A stretch of DNA of 64,000 nucleotides from Octopus sinensis (GCF_006345805.1 NC_043018.1:3410001-3474000); one strand, 5' to 3'; counted from the first letter of the stretch, positions 40,363 to 55,757 are shown. Notes: a model not told the origin generated them from the letters alone. Made by a program: numbers and translations.

Positions 40363-41769
40363 TCCTTTCATATAAATATTAACTAAACAGTTTCTTCACT
40401 CGGGTGTATTTTCTGTAGCATGAAACAAAAGATAGTTAGGAAGTTACTATTCGTGCAAAGATTAATAAAAAGAAAATCATTGAAGGCTGGGGACTAACAG
40501 AATCGTTACCCTGCATCGCTACCCTGTTTCTTGCCGTATTGGTTCCAGTTGTTTGCGTTTTGAGTTCAAATCTTACAGACGAGAAAATTTAAACGTTTCT
40601 TTTTTTTTTTAATTATGACTTTTATTCTTTCGAATAAAATTTCTGGAGCGTGGTACAAAATGTAGATAGGGAGATGCTGTGGGATCCCTGTCGCTCGGCG
40701 ACGAGCATTCATTTGCTTGATCAAGTGTATTAATCTGCACTTGAATTAACGTGTAAGTGGCTGAGTGTTCCGCAGATGCGAGTACACTTAACATAATTCT
40801 TAGGCAGAATCAGTGTGATATAGTGTGAGACAAGGCTATACCTTTGAATTACAGCTACCATCAACCAAACGAGCTTCAATATAGTTTCCGTCTAACCAAT
40901 TCCACTTATAAGATGCGGGGTTTTTAGAATAGTCATTTACAAACAACAGCCCATCAGACATTGTGAATAGCAAACCAACGAAAGATTACTTTCGATTTTG
41001 TTTAATAGTATGGCCCAGCTGATGACAATCCATGTCTCATGCAGCCCGCTTCTCAAAAGACGAAAAGAAGGTTGCCCATATCTGCTTTAGAAAATAACAT
41101 TTGCTCAAGATTTGCCACATTAGAACCGAATCCAGACCGTGCAGCTACAAAACAATCGTTGTTGCCATTTAGCTTTTAGCACGCCTGCAGGTAGAAAGTA
41201 ATATTGTATTAAAATATAGATATATGCCATTTGATTCAAAGCCAGACGTTTTGGATGTGTTTATGGTCGATGAAATCGCCCTCGGTATTCTATTCTGAGT
41301 GTAAAACCATTGAATTGATTTCAAATAACTGAGAGCTGTTTACTGAAGCTTTATTTCAATTCGAGATGGATTCGATGTATTATTGAACGTAAATTATTGT
41401 TATTTTATGCACAGAGGTCGTTGCCTCCATTTATCGCTTTATGCATCTCTATGCCTCTGCGCTGCTGTTCCCGGTGCGTAGAAACAGATAGAAAAGAGCA
41501 TGCGCACGGACGACACTTTGGGTTTAGTTGTTGGACTGTGGTCATGCTGGGGCACTGCCTTGAAGGGTTTAGTTAACCGAATCGACATCCTTATGGTATT
41601 TATTCTATCAGTCTTTTGCCAAATCTCTACGTTACGAGGACATAAACAAACCAACACTGGTTATCAAGCGGTGATGGGGAACACAGAGAAACACAAAGAT
41701 ATACACATATACATGCAAACACTCACACAAACACACACACACACACACACACACCACACACACACACAG

Positions 41770-41897
<128 letters not shown>

Positions 41898-41987
41898 GAA
41901 GATGGTGCAGGATCCCTGTCGCTCGGCGACGAGTATTCATTTGTTGGTGTCAATGAATTTACTTACTTGTTTCAATTACAAATTAAT

Positions 41988-42034
<47 letters not shown>

Positions 42035-42274
42035 TATATATTTATATATATATATGACGGGTATTGGTCAGTCCAATGCTATTGTAGAAGACACGTATCC
42101 AAGGGGCCATGAAGTGAGACCGAACATGAAAGCGCTTGGACGCAAAGCGAACTTCTTAACCACACGACCATTTAAGTAAAAACAAATATTCATAAAAAAA
42201 TAACTTTGAACATTTTCTCAGGGACACCTTCTCCATCAAGGACATATATTTAAGGGTGCATAAAAATAATCTGG

Positions 42275-42580
42275 CACTTCGTTGGTTACGACGACGAGGA
42301 TTCCAGTTCATCCGATCAACCGAATAGCTTACTCGTGAAATTAACGTGCAAGTGGCTGAGCACACCACAGACACCGGTGCCCTTAACATATTTCTCAGGA
42401 AGCTTCAACGTGATACAAGATGTGATAAGGCTGGCTCTTTGAAGTACTAGTGTCACTCAGCAGAGAGTGGACTGGAGCATGGTGAAATAAAGTGTCTTGC
42501 TCAAGAACACCACGCACACCGGAAACCGAACTCATGATCCGAATACCCCATCCCCTAACCACTACGCCACGCACCTTCAC
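42275..42580 (-). mobile_element. SINE family C
   Basis: Reverse of the GTGAAGG.GCGTGGCGTAGTGGTTAGGG head and the CGTCGTCGTAACC tail. Confidence 0.8.
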
Positions 42581-42765
42581 TAAGGGAAGCATAACATATT
42601 TAATATACCTCGTTTATCACTGATTCATACACCTCAGATCCAGGATAACACGGTACGCTCAATTGTGAACCGTGTTACCCTTATTATGAGTTGTTATGTA
42701 AGACTGTGGATTGGCGACCATGTGAAGATTCCGCTCACACTGCAAAAATCACCCAGAATGCTTCT

Positions 42766-42989
42766 AATTTCTTTATTGCCCACAAAGGGCTAAACATAGA
42801 GGGGACAAACAAGGACAGACAAAGGGATTAAGTCGATTAGATCGACCCCAGTGTGTAACTGGTACTTAATTTATCGACCCCGAAAAGGTGAAAGGCAAAG
42901 TCGACCTCGGTGAAATTTGATCTCAGAGCAAAGCGGCAGACGAAATACCGCTAAGCATTTCGCCCGGCGTGCTAACGTTTCTGCCAGCC
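42766..42989 (-). mobile_element. SINE family A with 16-bp TSD
   Basis: TSD CACCCAGAATGCTTCT at 42750-42765 and 42990-43005. Confidence 0.9.
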
Positions 42990-43109
42990 CACCCAGAATG
43001 CTTCTGCTACCCCAAATACTCTGACTGTGAACGTACTTTGAGGCTGCGTATTTTTGAATGGGATTTACGTACTCGAGGCCACAAATCTGGGACCAGTGAA
43101 GCGAAATAC

Positions 43110-43270
43110 TATGAAAGTACCTGATCCTAATAAACGACGCAGGCGAGTGTATTCTCCACAGGAAAACGTAGAGATGGCCCAGAAAATGCGTGACGGTGGA
43201 AGCTTCGTTGCTGTGAGCCGCGAGTTTGGTGTCGAGGAATTTACTTATTTGTTTCAATTACAAATTAATT
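43110..43270 (+). mobile_element. pogo/Tigger-like transposase N-terminal HTH remnant
   Basis: KRRRRVYSPQENVEMAQKMRDGGSFVAVSREFGV resembles the CENP-B/psq HTH. Confidence 0.5.
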
Positions 43271-43359
43271 ACAGGTACACGATTCGTATAATGCTGCTTC
43301 ATTTATCAGTGGGATTTTTTAAAAACCAAACTTCTTTGGTAAGCGAGGATAAATGTATA

Positions 43360-43768
43360 TCTCTTTTACTCTTTTACTTGTTTCAGTCATTTTAACTGCG
43401 GCCATGCTGGAGTACCGCCTTTAGTCGAGCAAATCGACCCTGGGACGTATTCTTTGTAAGCTCAGTACTTATTCTATCGGTCTCTTTTTTGCCGAACCGC
43501 TAAGTAACGGGGACGTAAACACACTAGCATCGGTTGTCAAGCAATGCTAGAGGGACAAACACAGACACACAAACATATACACACACACACACACATATAT
43601 ATACATATATACGACAGGCTTCTTTCAGTTTCCATCTACCAAATCCACTCACAAGGCTTTGGTCGGCCCGAGGCTATAGCAGAAGACACTTGCCCAAGAT
43701 GCCACACAGTGGGACTGAACCCGGAACCATGTGGTTGGTTAGCAAGCTACTTACCACACAGCCACACT
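43360..43768 (-). mobile_element. SINE family B
   Basis: Homologous to other copies. Confidence 0.88.
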
Positions 43769-44854
43769 ATGACGCAGAAAAATGTTTTTGTTTATTGAAA
43801 TTACGTCTGTAATAAAAAGAAAATGGAAGAAGCCGTATGCGTGGCTGTATGGTAAGAAATTTACTTCGTAACCACACGTTCACGGTTCAGTCTCAATGCG
43901 TAGCACCTTGGGCGAGTATCTCCGACAATGGCCTTGGAAGGAAGCCCGTCGTATATGTATGTATGCATGTATATATGCACACATACATACACACACACAC
44001 ACGCATTATTCTTTAACAAGAATAGCATTGACAGGGACTTCGAAAGCATCATAAGACTAAGGCATCATTAAACTTCAGAAGAAGGCTTAGCAGGCCGAAA
44101 CTTCGGAGTCACTGTCAATACTGTTCTTATTAAAAGCTAATTTTGTACTCTACATAAAATACAAACACAAATATATATGCATATGTGTGTCTCTTTGCTC
44201 TCTACTACCGCTTGGCAACCGACACTGGTTTGTTTATGTTCCCGTAGTTTAGTCGTTCATTGTACGTGACCGGTGGAATAAACACTAAATTTGAAAAAAC
44301 CTAAGTACTTGGGTCGATTCGTTCGACTACAACCTTCCAAGGCGGTGCTCCAGCATGGTCGCAGTCCAAAGACTGGAATAAGTAAAAGATAAAAGTTAAA
44401 ACATAACATTAATGACATTTCTTACCCAGGATAATAAGGGAGAAAACTCCGAAATTTAAATTAATTAAAAGATTAATTAATTAAAAGTGCAGTAGGTTAT
44501 GAGGCTGGCTTAGTGATCTGATGATTTCTCTTTTAAACATTAGACGTGGTGGAATTTCATTCAATTAAAAAATATTCGTGCTTTCTGCATTAAGTTTGTT
44601 AGTTTGCATTTAACTACATATTTTTTATGCAGATAGCGTCCCTGGCAAATTATAAAATTTTCACGCAAAAACTATATGCTCTCTGTTGTTCTATGATCTG
44701 GTATCTACGAATTTAAGCATATATTTCATTGAGTGGGGTTAATAACACCCATATATGCCATGAGTTGTTATTCTCACTACAGTCCAGACGCACTTTTCAA
44801 TGCAGGCCCACCCACCCCCACCATTTAATTTTTGAGAATATATATATATATATA

Positions 44855-45915
<1,061 letters not shown>

Positions 45916-45926
45916 ATATATATATA

Positions 45927-46336
<410 letters not shown>

Positions 46337-46419
46337 CAACTTGCTCAAGTTCAGATCTCTTCAGCACTACCAAGTGTGTTCTATATAGAGAAACCTATCT
46401 CTAATCTATACACACACAA

Positions 46420-46770
46420 ACTGGTACTCCGTCGGTTAAGACGATGAATGTTCCAGCTGATCCAATCAACCGAACAATTTGCTCGTAAAATTAACATGTA
46501 AATTGCTGAGCACTCCACAGACACGTGTACCCTTAACGTAGTTCTTAGGTAGATTCAGTGCGACACAGAATGTGACAAGGCTGTCCCTTTGAAATACAGA
46601 TGCTTCTCGTTTTTTGGTCAGCTGAATGGACTGGAGTAATAAATAAAGTTTCTTGCTTAATAAATAAAATAAAGTGTCTTGCTTAAGGACACAACGCGTC
46701 GCCTGGAATCGAACTCACAACCATACGATCGTGAACCGAATACCCTAACCACTAAGCCACGCGCCTTCAC
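46420..46770 (-). mobile_element. SINE family C
   Basis: Head reverse of GTGAAGGCGCGTGGCTTAGTGGTTAGGG; B-box GAGTTCGATTCC. Confidence 0.85.
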
Positions 46771-46802
46771 TACATACATACATAAATACATACATACATA
46801 TA

Positions 46803-47370
46803 ATGACACTCTCTAATGAAATCTGTCGGAAGGGTAATCCTGAGGACAAAGAAATAAGAACCCACAATATAGTAGAAGCTGTAGTCACTTATAATAAAAA
46901 GGAATACTGGTGGAATGTCCCAGTGAAGACCTCAATAAAATGCAAGCACAACAGTCCTGATATAATGATTTGGAAAAGAGAAGAGAAACTGTGCACAGTT
47001 GTGGAAATTTGCTGCTCAGCGGATGTTAACATAAAGCTGAATATCAGTGAAAAATAGAACACCTGTGCTGAACTATTGAGAAATCTGCAGTTATTCTATC
47101 CAGAATACAAGTTTAGGTTTATACCTGTAATTATTGGGGCCCTGAGATATGTAACACACTGCCTAAATACCAGTCTTGAGAAATTAGGCTTCTAAAAGCC
47201 AGAAAGAAGAAAGCAGAATTCGAAGACTACAGATCGAATCCATCACTGGAAGTGTAAAAGTCTGTAAAATTTTCCAGAAGTTTATCATTTAAATAAATAT
47301 ATGAGCATGTCTAGGTATGTAACTATATGCATGAGAATACATACAGAAAACATACAAATCTACTCGCACA
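46803..47370 (+). mobile_element. R4/Dong-like LINE RLE endonuclease 3' end embedded in (TACA)n
   Basis: WWNVPVKTSIKCKHNSPDIMIW..VVEI..ELLRNLQLFYPEYKFRFIPVIIGAL. Confidence 0.78.
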
Positions 47371-47895
47371 CAGGCATACATACATACATACATACATACA
47401 TACATACATACATACATACATACATACATACATACATACATAGATGCATACAAGAAATAGCCTGTTGTTGATGTTGAAATTCCAATGAAGGAGACTTGGT
47501 TTTGTTTTTTGTATACATCGCCGTAACTTAGCAGGTCGGCAAAAGAGACCGCTAGAACAAGTGCCAGGCTTCAAATGAAAACGAAAACAAGTACTGAGGC
47601 CGATTCATTCGACTAAAAATTCTTCAAGGCAGTGCCCCAGCTTGGCCGCAGTCTAATGACTCAAACAAGTAAAAGAGGAACTATATAAATAAGTGATGGG
47701 AAGCACAAGAGACAACCCCCAAAACACTAATGAGGTAAATCAATATTGTTACGCAATTCCCTCAAAGGATTGTGTAATCTTGTCAGTTGATTTCCTGAAA
47801 CACGTATCTATTTATTAATACTATGTAGATATTTATATATGTACCAGGTGCGCGTGAATGTGTATAATGAGTGTGTTGTTTAATTAGTTACCTAC

Positions 47896-48295
47896 CTATA
47901 GTGGACACAATAGTCACAGCAAAAAGAAGAGCTCCTGGTAGAGACCATGATAAAGAACTTCCACCGGGTAAACCTTTGGTGTCGCAATCCTCTCCTGTGT
48001 AACCAATATTCATAGCACTGTCGCGAAAAATCTTCAAAATCTGCTCGATCTCCGATTTCTTCGACGGACTGTTACTTTCAATTGCTAATAATTTTTCCAG
48101 AGTCTTGCTTTCCACTGAAGTGTATTCTTTAAAAGAATCCCTGCAGCTTTTAATTTCGTTTTCCCTCTCAAGATGTTCGAAGATAAACGCCCCTGCCACG
48201 CAGTAAGCAATTACCATTCCAAAGAGTCCAATATGAGAGAAGAGAAACTTCATAGCAGACTTGACACATGCTGATTTTTCTTTGCTTTGAGACAT
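47896..48295 (-). CDS. K2P two-pore-domain potassium channel (TRESK/KCNK18/TWK-like), coding exon 1: M1, cap, P1 helix
   Basis: ATG at 48295; M1 FLFSHIGLFGMVIAYCVAGAFIFEHLE; pore helix WSLPGALLFAVTIVSTI-G; donor ATAG|GTAGGT at 47896/47895, phase 1. Confidence 0.93.
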
Positions 48296-49110
48296 GCTTC
48301 CCGCTAATTTCTTGCACTCAGTAAATACATGTAATATTCTACACTAAGTATATGTAATTAAATACACGCATATGTATCGATCTATACAACATGCGTGCTT
48401 GCGTAGCTATGTATATGCATTCATGTGTATTATGTAACTTAATATGCATTAGTACATATATAAATGCCTGTCTCTGTATGTGTGCATATATTATAATATT
48501 TTGTAATATATTATAATATTTTATAATATTATATATTTATGAACTTGTGGACTTTCCAACCAATATTCTTTATGTGTTTGGTTGCGGCGTCAGAGTATAT
48601 TTGTGTTCGTGTCTTTATAACTACAGTAATTTCTTCGAAAAGCGTATTTTACTTCAAATTACGTATCTCTGCGTCCACTTAAGCTTAGTATCTCTCATTA
48701 AGAAATTTAAAAGGCTCCACTTTTGGTTCCCTTTTTCTTTCTTTTTGTCGGTTTTCGTTTGGATCCTCTTAATACTTTTGGAACAATCCAGGATTATTTA
48801 GAAGAGTTAATCGTTGCTTCTTCTAGTTTTTATCACGAAGTTTCTGTAGATAAAGCGTTAGCCCTGTTCAACGGATGAGATCTGTGACAAATATAAAAAA
48901 AGAAAAGAAATATATATATATATATTTAAAGGTGTGTGTGTATAAGAAGTATGACAGAAAATTTCATAAAATGTACCGTACTTTGGGCGAGTGCCGTCTG
49001 CTATGGCCTCGAGCTTTTGATTGCGTGGGAGCCAGTCCTATGTATAAGTGTGTGTATGAGTGTGTGGGCCTGTATTCTTGTGTGCAAGTTCGTGTGTTTC
49101 AGTGTAATTC

Positions 49111-49188
<78 letters not shown>

Positions 49189-49581
49189 CATAGGGATAAA
49201 AGGAGAGCAGAACATTTGTTTCTTGGTAAAGGTCTGAATGAGATCTAAAGCATACAGTTCTTCTGTAGAGACATTTTTCAAGTGTGTGTGTGCGTGTGAG
49301 TGTGTGTGTGTACATATATAAATTCATACATACATATGGGAATCCTCAAAAACAACAAATTGATTCACAATATTTAACTACAATCAATTTAAGGTACTGT
49401 AAACATTTGTGAAACATTCCAGGGATTCTCCATTCAAGGTTCTTGGGTTGACCACACTCACAGATATAAGCAGTAAGGAAGCACGCGCATATATGTGAGC
49501 TAGTGATATTCACACCAACTATAGGTGTGGAAGTTTTTCCACAGGTGCGCATCGTATGTCCGCACACACATACACACACAC

Positions 49582-49673
<92 letters not shown>

Positions 49674-50135
49674 CTTTGCCAACAACCATTAAATCAGATA
49701 ACTACAAATCCGAAGAGCCATATTTTTATTTTTTTATTTTTCCTGGGCCCTAGGTCTCCAAAGAACAACTACTAGGTTTCCATGGCGTATAAGTAATCGA
49801 GATCACAATGTTTCCCTCAATGGGACTCCGGTCGGTTGCGGTGTTTAAGGCTAGAGAATTTGAGAGGAGAGATAAGTCGACTACATCGTACTTAACGGGT
49901 ACTTTATTTTCTCGACAGCCAAAGGATGTCAGACAACTTTGACCTCGGCGCGGTTTGAACACGGAACGTAAAGAGGCGTAAGAAATGCTGCCAAACAATT
50001 TGTCCGAAATGCTAACAATTTTGTCTATATACATGCATACATACATACATTCATACATACATACATACATACATACATACATACATACATACATACATAC
50101 ATACATGCATACATACATACACATACATTCATACA

Positions 50136-50169
<34 letters not shown>

Positions 50170-50223
50170 CATACATACATACATACATACATACATACAT
50201 ACATACATACATACATACATACA

Positions 50224-50828
50224 TGGTGGTTGTCTACTCCTTATACAGAGTTTGACCACCTCCTGTACCTACACCTTAGCACCATCATGGCTCTTCTGAT
50301 GTGGCTTTTTAAACCAGACAATGTTCTGAAAAGACACCCACATAGATTGCACCTCTGATTTGGACCACTAATACCTGCAGATAAATTCTGCTCTTTGTGG
50401 ATCTTAAAATGTCTTTTGAGGCCTCTGTTGGATTTGCAAACCTTCTGGCATACACTGCATTCAAAGGTGTGCACAAACAAATAGTCAGAATAGTTGGTGG
50501 AGGTTTGTTTCCATGCGTTCGCAGGTGAGATTCGAGGCCAGCCAAAGACAGGCATGGCCTGTCACAGACTGTGCACACAGAAAAGTAATTGTCATTTACC
50601 TTCTCCATCGTTACATTCCTCCATAGATCTCTTTTGAGTCTTACTTGCGCTATTCTGGCCTCTTCAAATGCTTTTACTCCACTCCACACCTTTGTTCGCC
50701 ATCCAACTCGATCCGAAGCTAGGGTTCCTATATCTTCTGGAACCATAGTAGTCCTTATGCCGTCCTTAAGCCTTTTTTTTTAGGTTTACGCCGATAGCGT
50801 TTCCCCTCTGCAAGTTCACCATAAAACA
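50224..50828 (-). mobile_element. RTE-clade LINE 3' end with three C2H2 zinc fingers
   Basis: YGELAEGKR, LASDRVGWR, CTVCDRPCLSLAGLESHLRTH, CSVCQKVCKSNRGLKRHFKIH, CNLCGCLFRTLSGLKSHIRR; frameshifted. Confidence 0.78.
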
Positions 50829-50846
50829 TGCATACATACATACATA

Positions 50847-51010
50847 GTTTATGGTGAATTAATGCGGAACCTACAGCTCTTGTACCCTAACCATAATTTC
50901 TCAGTTGTACCTATCGTCAAAGGTGCATTAGGTTATGTACTAACAAATTTGCGCAAAAAAAACTAGAAATATTCGGTTTCACTGAGAAAGAGCAAAAAAA
51001 ACTGACACGG
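50847..51010 (+). mobile_element. Second R4/Dong-like 3' remnant following (TACA)n
   Basis: YGELMRNLQLLYPNHNFSVVPIVKGALGYV, homologous to 47070-47150. Confidence 0.68.
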
Positions 51011-52456
51011 ATTAAATCCAATCCATTAGTGACAAAGTGATTCTTTCTAAGATAATCCCCAAATTCTCTATTTGAGGTTCTTATGTGAAAAGATTCACAT
51101 AGTTGGGTGTATGCATCGACAGGTGAACCAGCGCATCAACTCAACCACACATTTACAGACACCGAGAACTCTCTTAACTCAAAAGGTCTTGTTTTTTTAA
51201 TGACCAGCTTGAACTCTCGAGGAGAACTTGTATAAAACTCAAAGAACAATTTTACGTACAACTATTCACCCATACATTCACTCACACATATGACTCGCTC
51301 GGATTTATTCCGTTGTCTCTCTCTCTCACCTGGTACACCTGTTTAGAACTGCGTATTTTTCTTATAACCATTTGATAGTAAAATTATACGGCTTATAAGC
51401 TACACATCCACTCACGCGTAGAAATGTTCAGTTATGTGTAAGATACATTCAATTATTTTCCTAATTAGGAAATTTGACCATGGACTCCAAAAGCAGATTG
51501 AAAACTGCTTTACTTTAATTTTATGTATGAGCCTACGTATATATGTACATGTGTTTATTTATATATATATGCATACACATGAGAGTGGCTGTGGCGTAGG
51601 AAGCTTCTTTCCCAACCACGATTCAGGGATCCCGGGTTCAATCCTACTGCATGACACCAAGGGCGAGTGGTTTTCTACTATAGTTTCGAGTCGACCAAAG
51701 ACTTGTGAGTGAATTTGGTAGACGGAAACTGAAAGAAGCCTGTCGTATATATATGTATATATTTATTTCTGTGTGTGTGTGTGCCTGTGTTTTTCCCACC
51801 CACTCCATCACCACTTTACAACAAGTGTTGGTTTGTTTACGTTCCCGTAATTAGCAGTTCGCCAAAAGAAACCGTTAGAATAAGTAGCACGCTCAAGAAA
51901 TAAGTACTGGGGCGATTCATTCGACCAAAAATTCAAGTCGGTGCCCCAGTATGGTCCCAGTATAGTGACTAAAACAAGTAAAAGATTATATATATATATA
52001 TATATATATATGTATAATCTTTTGCATGCTTTAGTCACTGGACTGAAGCGATGCTGAAGTATTGACTTGAAGTGTTTGTTTGAACAAATCGACCCCCAGA
52101 ACATATTTTTAAACCTGGTATTTATTCTATTAGTCCATTTTACTGAACCACTAGATTTAGGGGTGCGTAATCAAACCAACACCGATTTTCAAGCGAAGGC
52201 GGGAGACAAACACAAAAACGCTCCACTCGGAAATACATGTACTCAGAAATCAACTCATAAGGCTTTGTATAGACGTAGGCTGCAGTAGAAGACACTTGAC
52301 CAATATGCTACGCAATGTAGCTGGACCCGAAACCATGTGGAGGACAAGCAAGCTGCTTACCACACACACATACACACAGAGGCAGATTAGATAGATAGAT
52401 AGATAGATAGGTAGATAGATAGATAGATAGATAGATAGACAGATAGACAGATAGAC

Positions 52457-52522
<66 letters not shown>

Positions 52523-52666
52523 GCAATTATGCGGATAAACAAATCAACATAACAGCTTGGGGTTGACATACTATATATATATATATATATATATATGTAT
52601 AAAAAATATATATAAAAATACAAAATTGGACAAGAACGCAAAACATTCAAATAGATGACACAAAAT

Positions 52667-52702
<36 letters not shown>

Positions 52703-53359
52703 AGAAAGAAATCAAAGACTGAAGATTTTCAGACGATGAACATTTAAATGTAAATGCATTAGATATCGATATATTAATAGATCAAGCTTACACGGAGCTC
52801 AATCGACAGAGAAAATTAAAAGGGGAGAAGGTAATGTGTAACAGCTGTTGCAGGGGACTCGGACATCCAATATGATATTTGTAGATGTAGGTCACCAAAA
52901 TATGCAGCCACTAATCGAAGCAAAAAAAAATTGGATAAATCGAGCCTCTTCCGTCTTCAGTGTAGAAAAAAATCTTACATTGCACATCATGATGCAGAGA
53001 AGTAGGAAGTTCGATCCTCCTACCTCCTCCCTCCAATACCGCTTGCTTTCTGCAGCTAAACATTCCATCAGTTGACGTATATATATATATATATATACAT
53101 ATACTTCCCTACGTGGTTTGTTTTCAGGTGCTTTGGTTTTTCTGGGAACTCCCTTTAAAGTAGAAAGAATAGCTAGGATTTTGACTGCTATTTCTAAACT
53201 TCGGTGTGTGGTGAAGCTAATCGTTGCTGAACCCTAATTATATAGTATTACTTAAACTTACCATAAAATGGTCTTTTTTCATGCCGAATTCTACTTGGTG
53301 AAATTACTAATTACTTCTTAATTAATTAATTTCACCCTTTGTTATTACTGATATATATA

Positions 53360-53422
<63 letters not shown>

Positions 53423-53439
53423 TATCTTTACGAAGAGCT

Positions 53440-55330
53440 TCACATACCTTGTTCCCAAACCTTTATATCTACGATTAGCGAAAGGAAAGTGTGGACCAAG
53501 CAGGAGGATCAGGAAAGTGAAGCAGTTGAGGAGTGAAAAGAACAGCTTAAGAAAGCAATGGAAATGTACTGAGGAAGACAAAAGAAGACTTGGCCTCGGG
53601 CGACTGTACGAAGATTTAAAAAGGAAATACTGTTGTGTGCAACGAAAGGGAAGCAAAAGAGCTCGTGAACAGTTTCTGATGAACCCGTACGGGGTTGCTA
53701 AGAAGCTGTTCACTGAACCGAATTGCAGCCCTTTATCATGCACAAAAGAAGAACTGGAATGCTCATATCAAAGAAGCATACATTGATCCAAACCGTAACC
53801 AGCCACTGCCTCCTATAAATTGGCTAAAGCATCTCTTAGAACTTGATATCGAATTTCAAATTGGGGACATCAGGGAGAAAGAGGTGAATGATGATTTCGT
53901 GAGAAAGGTTAGAGCAAAGAGTGCCCAAGGAGGTGATGGCGTCTCGTATAAAATATATAATTACTGCATTCGTCTACGAAAGAAGCTCTTTGTCCTGCTC
54001 TGACAGCTGTGGCACGAAGATACTCTAGTAGAGGATTGGTGTAAGGCAGAAAGCATATACCTGCCGAAGGAGGCCAATGCAGGGATTATAAAACAGTTTA
54101 GGCCGATAACCTAATTGAATGTGGAAGGCAAGATCTTTATGGGAATTCTCTCAAGAGCAAAGGCATATCTTCAGGGTAATGGATAGTTTGATAAATCGGT
54201 TCAAAAGGCCGGAATTTCTGGGATCCCTGGATGCGTTGAGTATTGTTTTTCGATTTGGAAAGCGATCCAGGATGCCAAACAGAACAAGACAAGCCTGAAC
54301 GTGGTATGGCTTGATCTAGCTTATACATATGGCTCAGTTCCACACGAATTACTAATAAGAGCCAAGGACCACTTCCACATTCCAGACAAAGTAATGAGAT
54401 TAATGAGGATATATTAGGACAGTTTCGTTTATCCGATGATGTCTTGACATCGCCTACGAATCTAATAAGACGGAACGTCTAAGAAAATGATATATGCAAA
54501 TGCAAAAATGTCGGAACACTGAAACATATTCTTTCCAACTATTCACTGGCATTGAATAGATATACATGGATACACAATCTGGTCCTTAAGGTTATCGTCA
54601 AAGAACCAAATTGCTCTCATCAACAGTGGAACAAAAACCGTTGAAAGAACTAACCAGAGGTTTCTTTACCTTCGTGCATTCAGGACAGCAGATCCGTTTC
54701 AAGAAGAACTTTCCTGTGAGCGACGAAATGTGGAACGGGTATTGGGAAGTAGCTACAGATTTACCAGGATGCCAAAGATTCTTTGTCATCCCAGTTATGA
54801 AAAAAAACCCAGACATTTTAATGTGGTGTGAAAGAAAGAAAGTGGTGGATCTAGCTGAGTTGATGGTTCCACATGAATATAACATGGGCGCCGCTCGGGC
54901 TCGAAAGATTGACTGTTATGTAAACCTCCTCGAGGAATGTGAAGACGCAGGCTGGAAAGCGGAGCATTTTCCAATCGAAGTCGATTATAGAGGATTCGTT
55001 GGACACAGTGTGAGGTGACTGTTGTTATCGTTAGGCCTAACTCATCTTACAGTAAATGCCACCATGAGCGATATCCAAACTACAGCGGAAAATGCTAACC
55101 AATGGATGTTGTTAAAAAGAGACGATGAGCGATAGCTAGAAGAATATTGAGCTATATTTGATCTAGCAAGCGGGGCCTCATGTCACTGAGGAGGAACAGT
55201 ACGCAATGACGCTGTCGAGACGTAGGCCCCGAAACGGCACACATTTTCTCCTGAGGACCCTATGCACTTGCTAGATTCCGGTATGCTGAGCCAACAACAG
55301 TTACTATTATGTTGAGAGCTCCAGTAGGTT
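53440..55330 (+). mobile_element. HERO-like (R2-superfamily, RLE) non-LTR retrotransposon, internally deleted
   Basis: FLMNPYG.AKKLF, RAKSAQGGDGVSYK, QFRPIT, WLDLAY.YGSVPH, zinc-knuckle remnant GTLKHILS, PDILMW..AELMVPHE..FPIEV.YRGFVG. Confidence 0.82.
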
Positions 55331-55757
55331 TCCATACGGATGAACACAGGTTTCATACAATAGTTCCTACGCGCGTTTCACCATTATGGTTGCTCTGGAG
55401 GCGATCCAAAATTAATTAAATTCAAAGCGAACTAAGGAAGATATTTCTCAAAACGTTGTGTTCACTTGTATTTTCGGAAATATTAATTTCTTTATCTAAA
55501 TATGTTGACACAACATCTTCAGTTGTTGGCTTTGTAAGAGGAATTCTAAAATTAAAGATGCGATTTTTCTCTATCTACATTTTTTGTTGTCTAATACTCG
55601 AAATTGTTGTCTAATTTCTCGAATTCTTGTAAATGATATTTGGTCCCACTTGTCATACACGAGGAATAGCCTTGGATGTGTTTTCTACTTGCATTTATTA
55701 GAGTTTGGTTGTTTGTTACAGTTAAGTAAAATCGTTTATATATATATATATATATAT

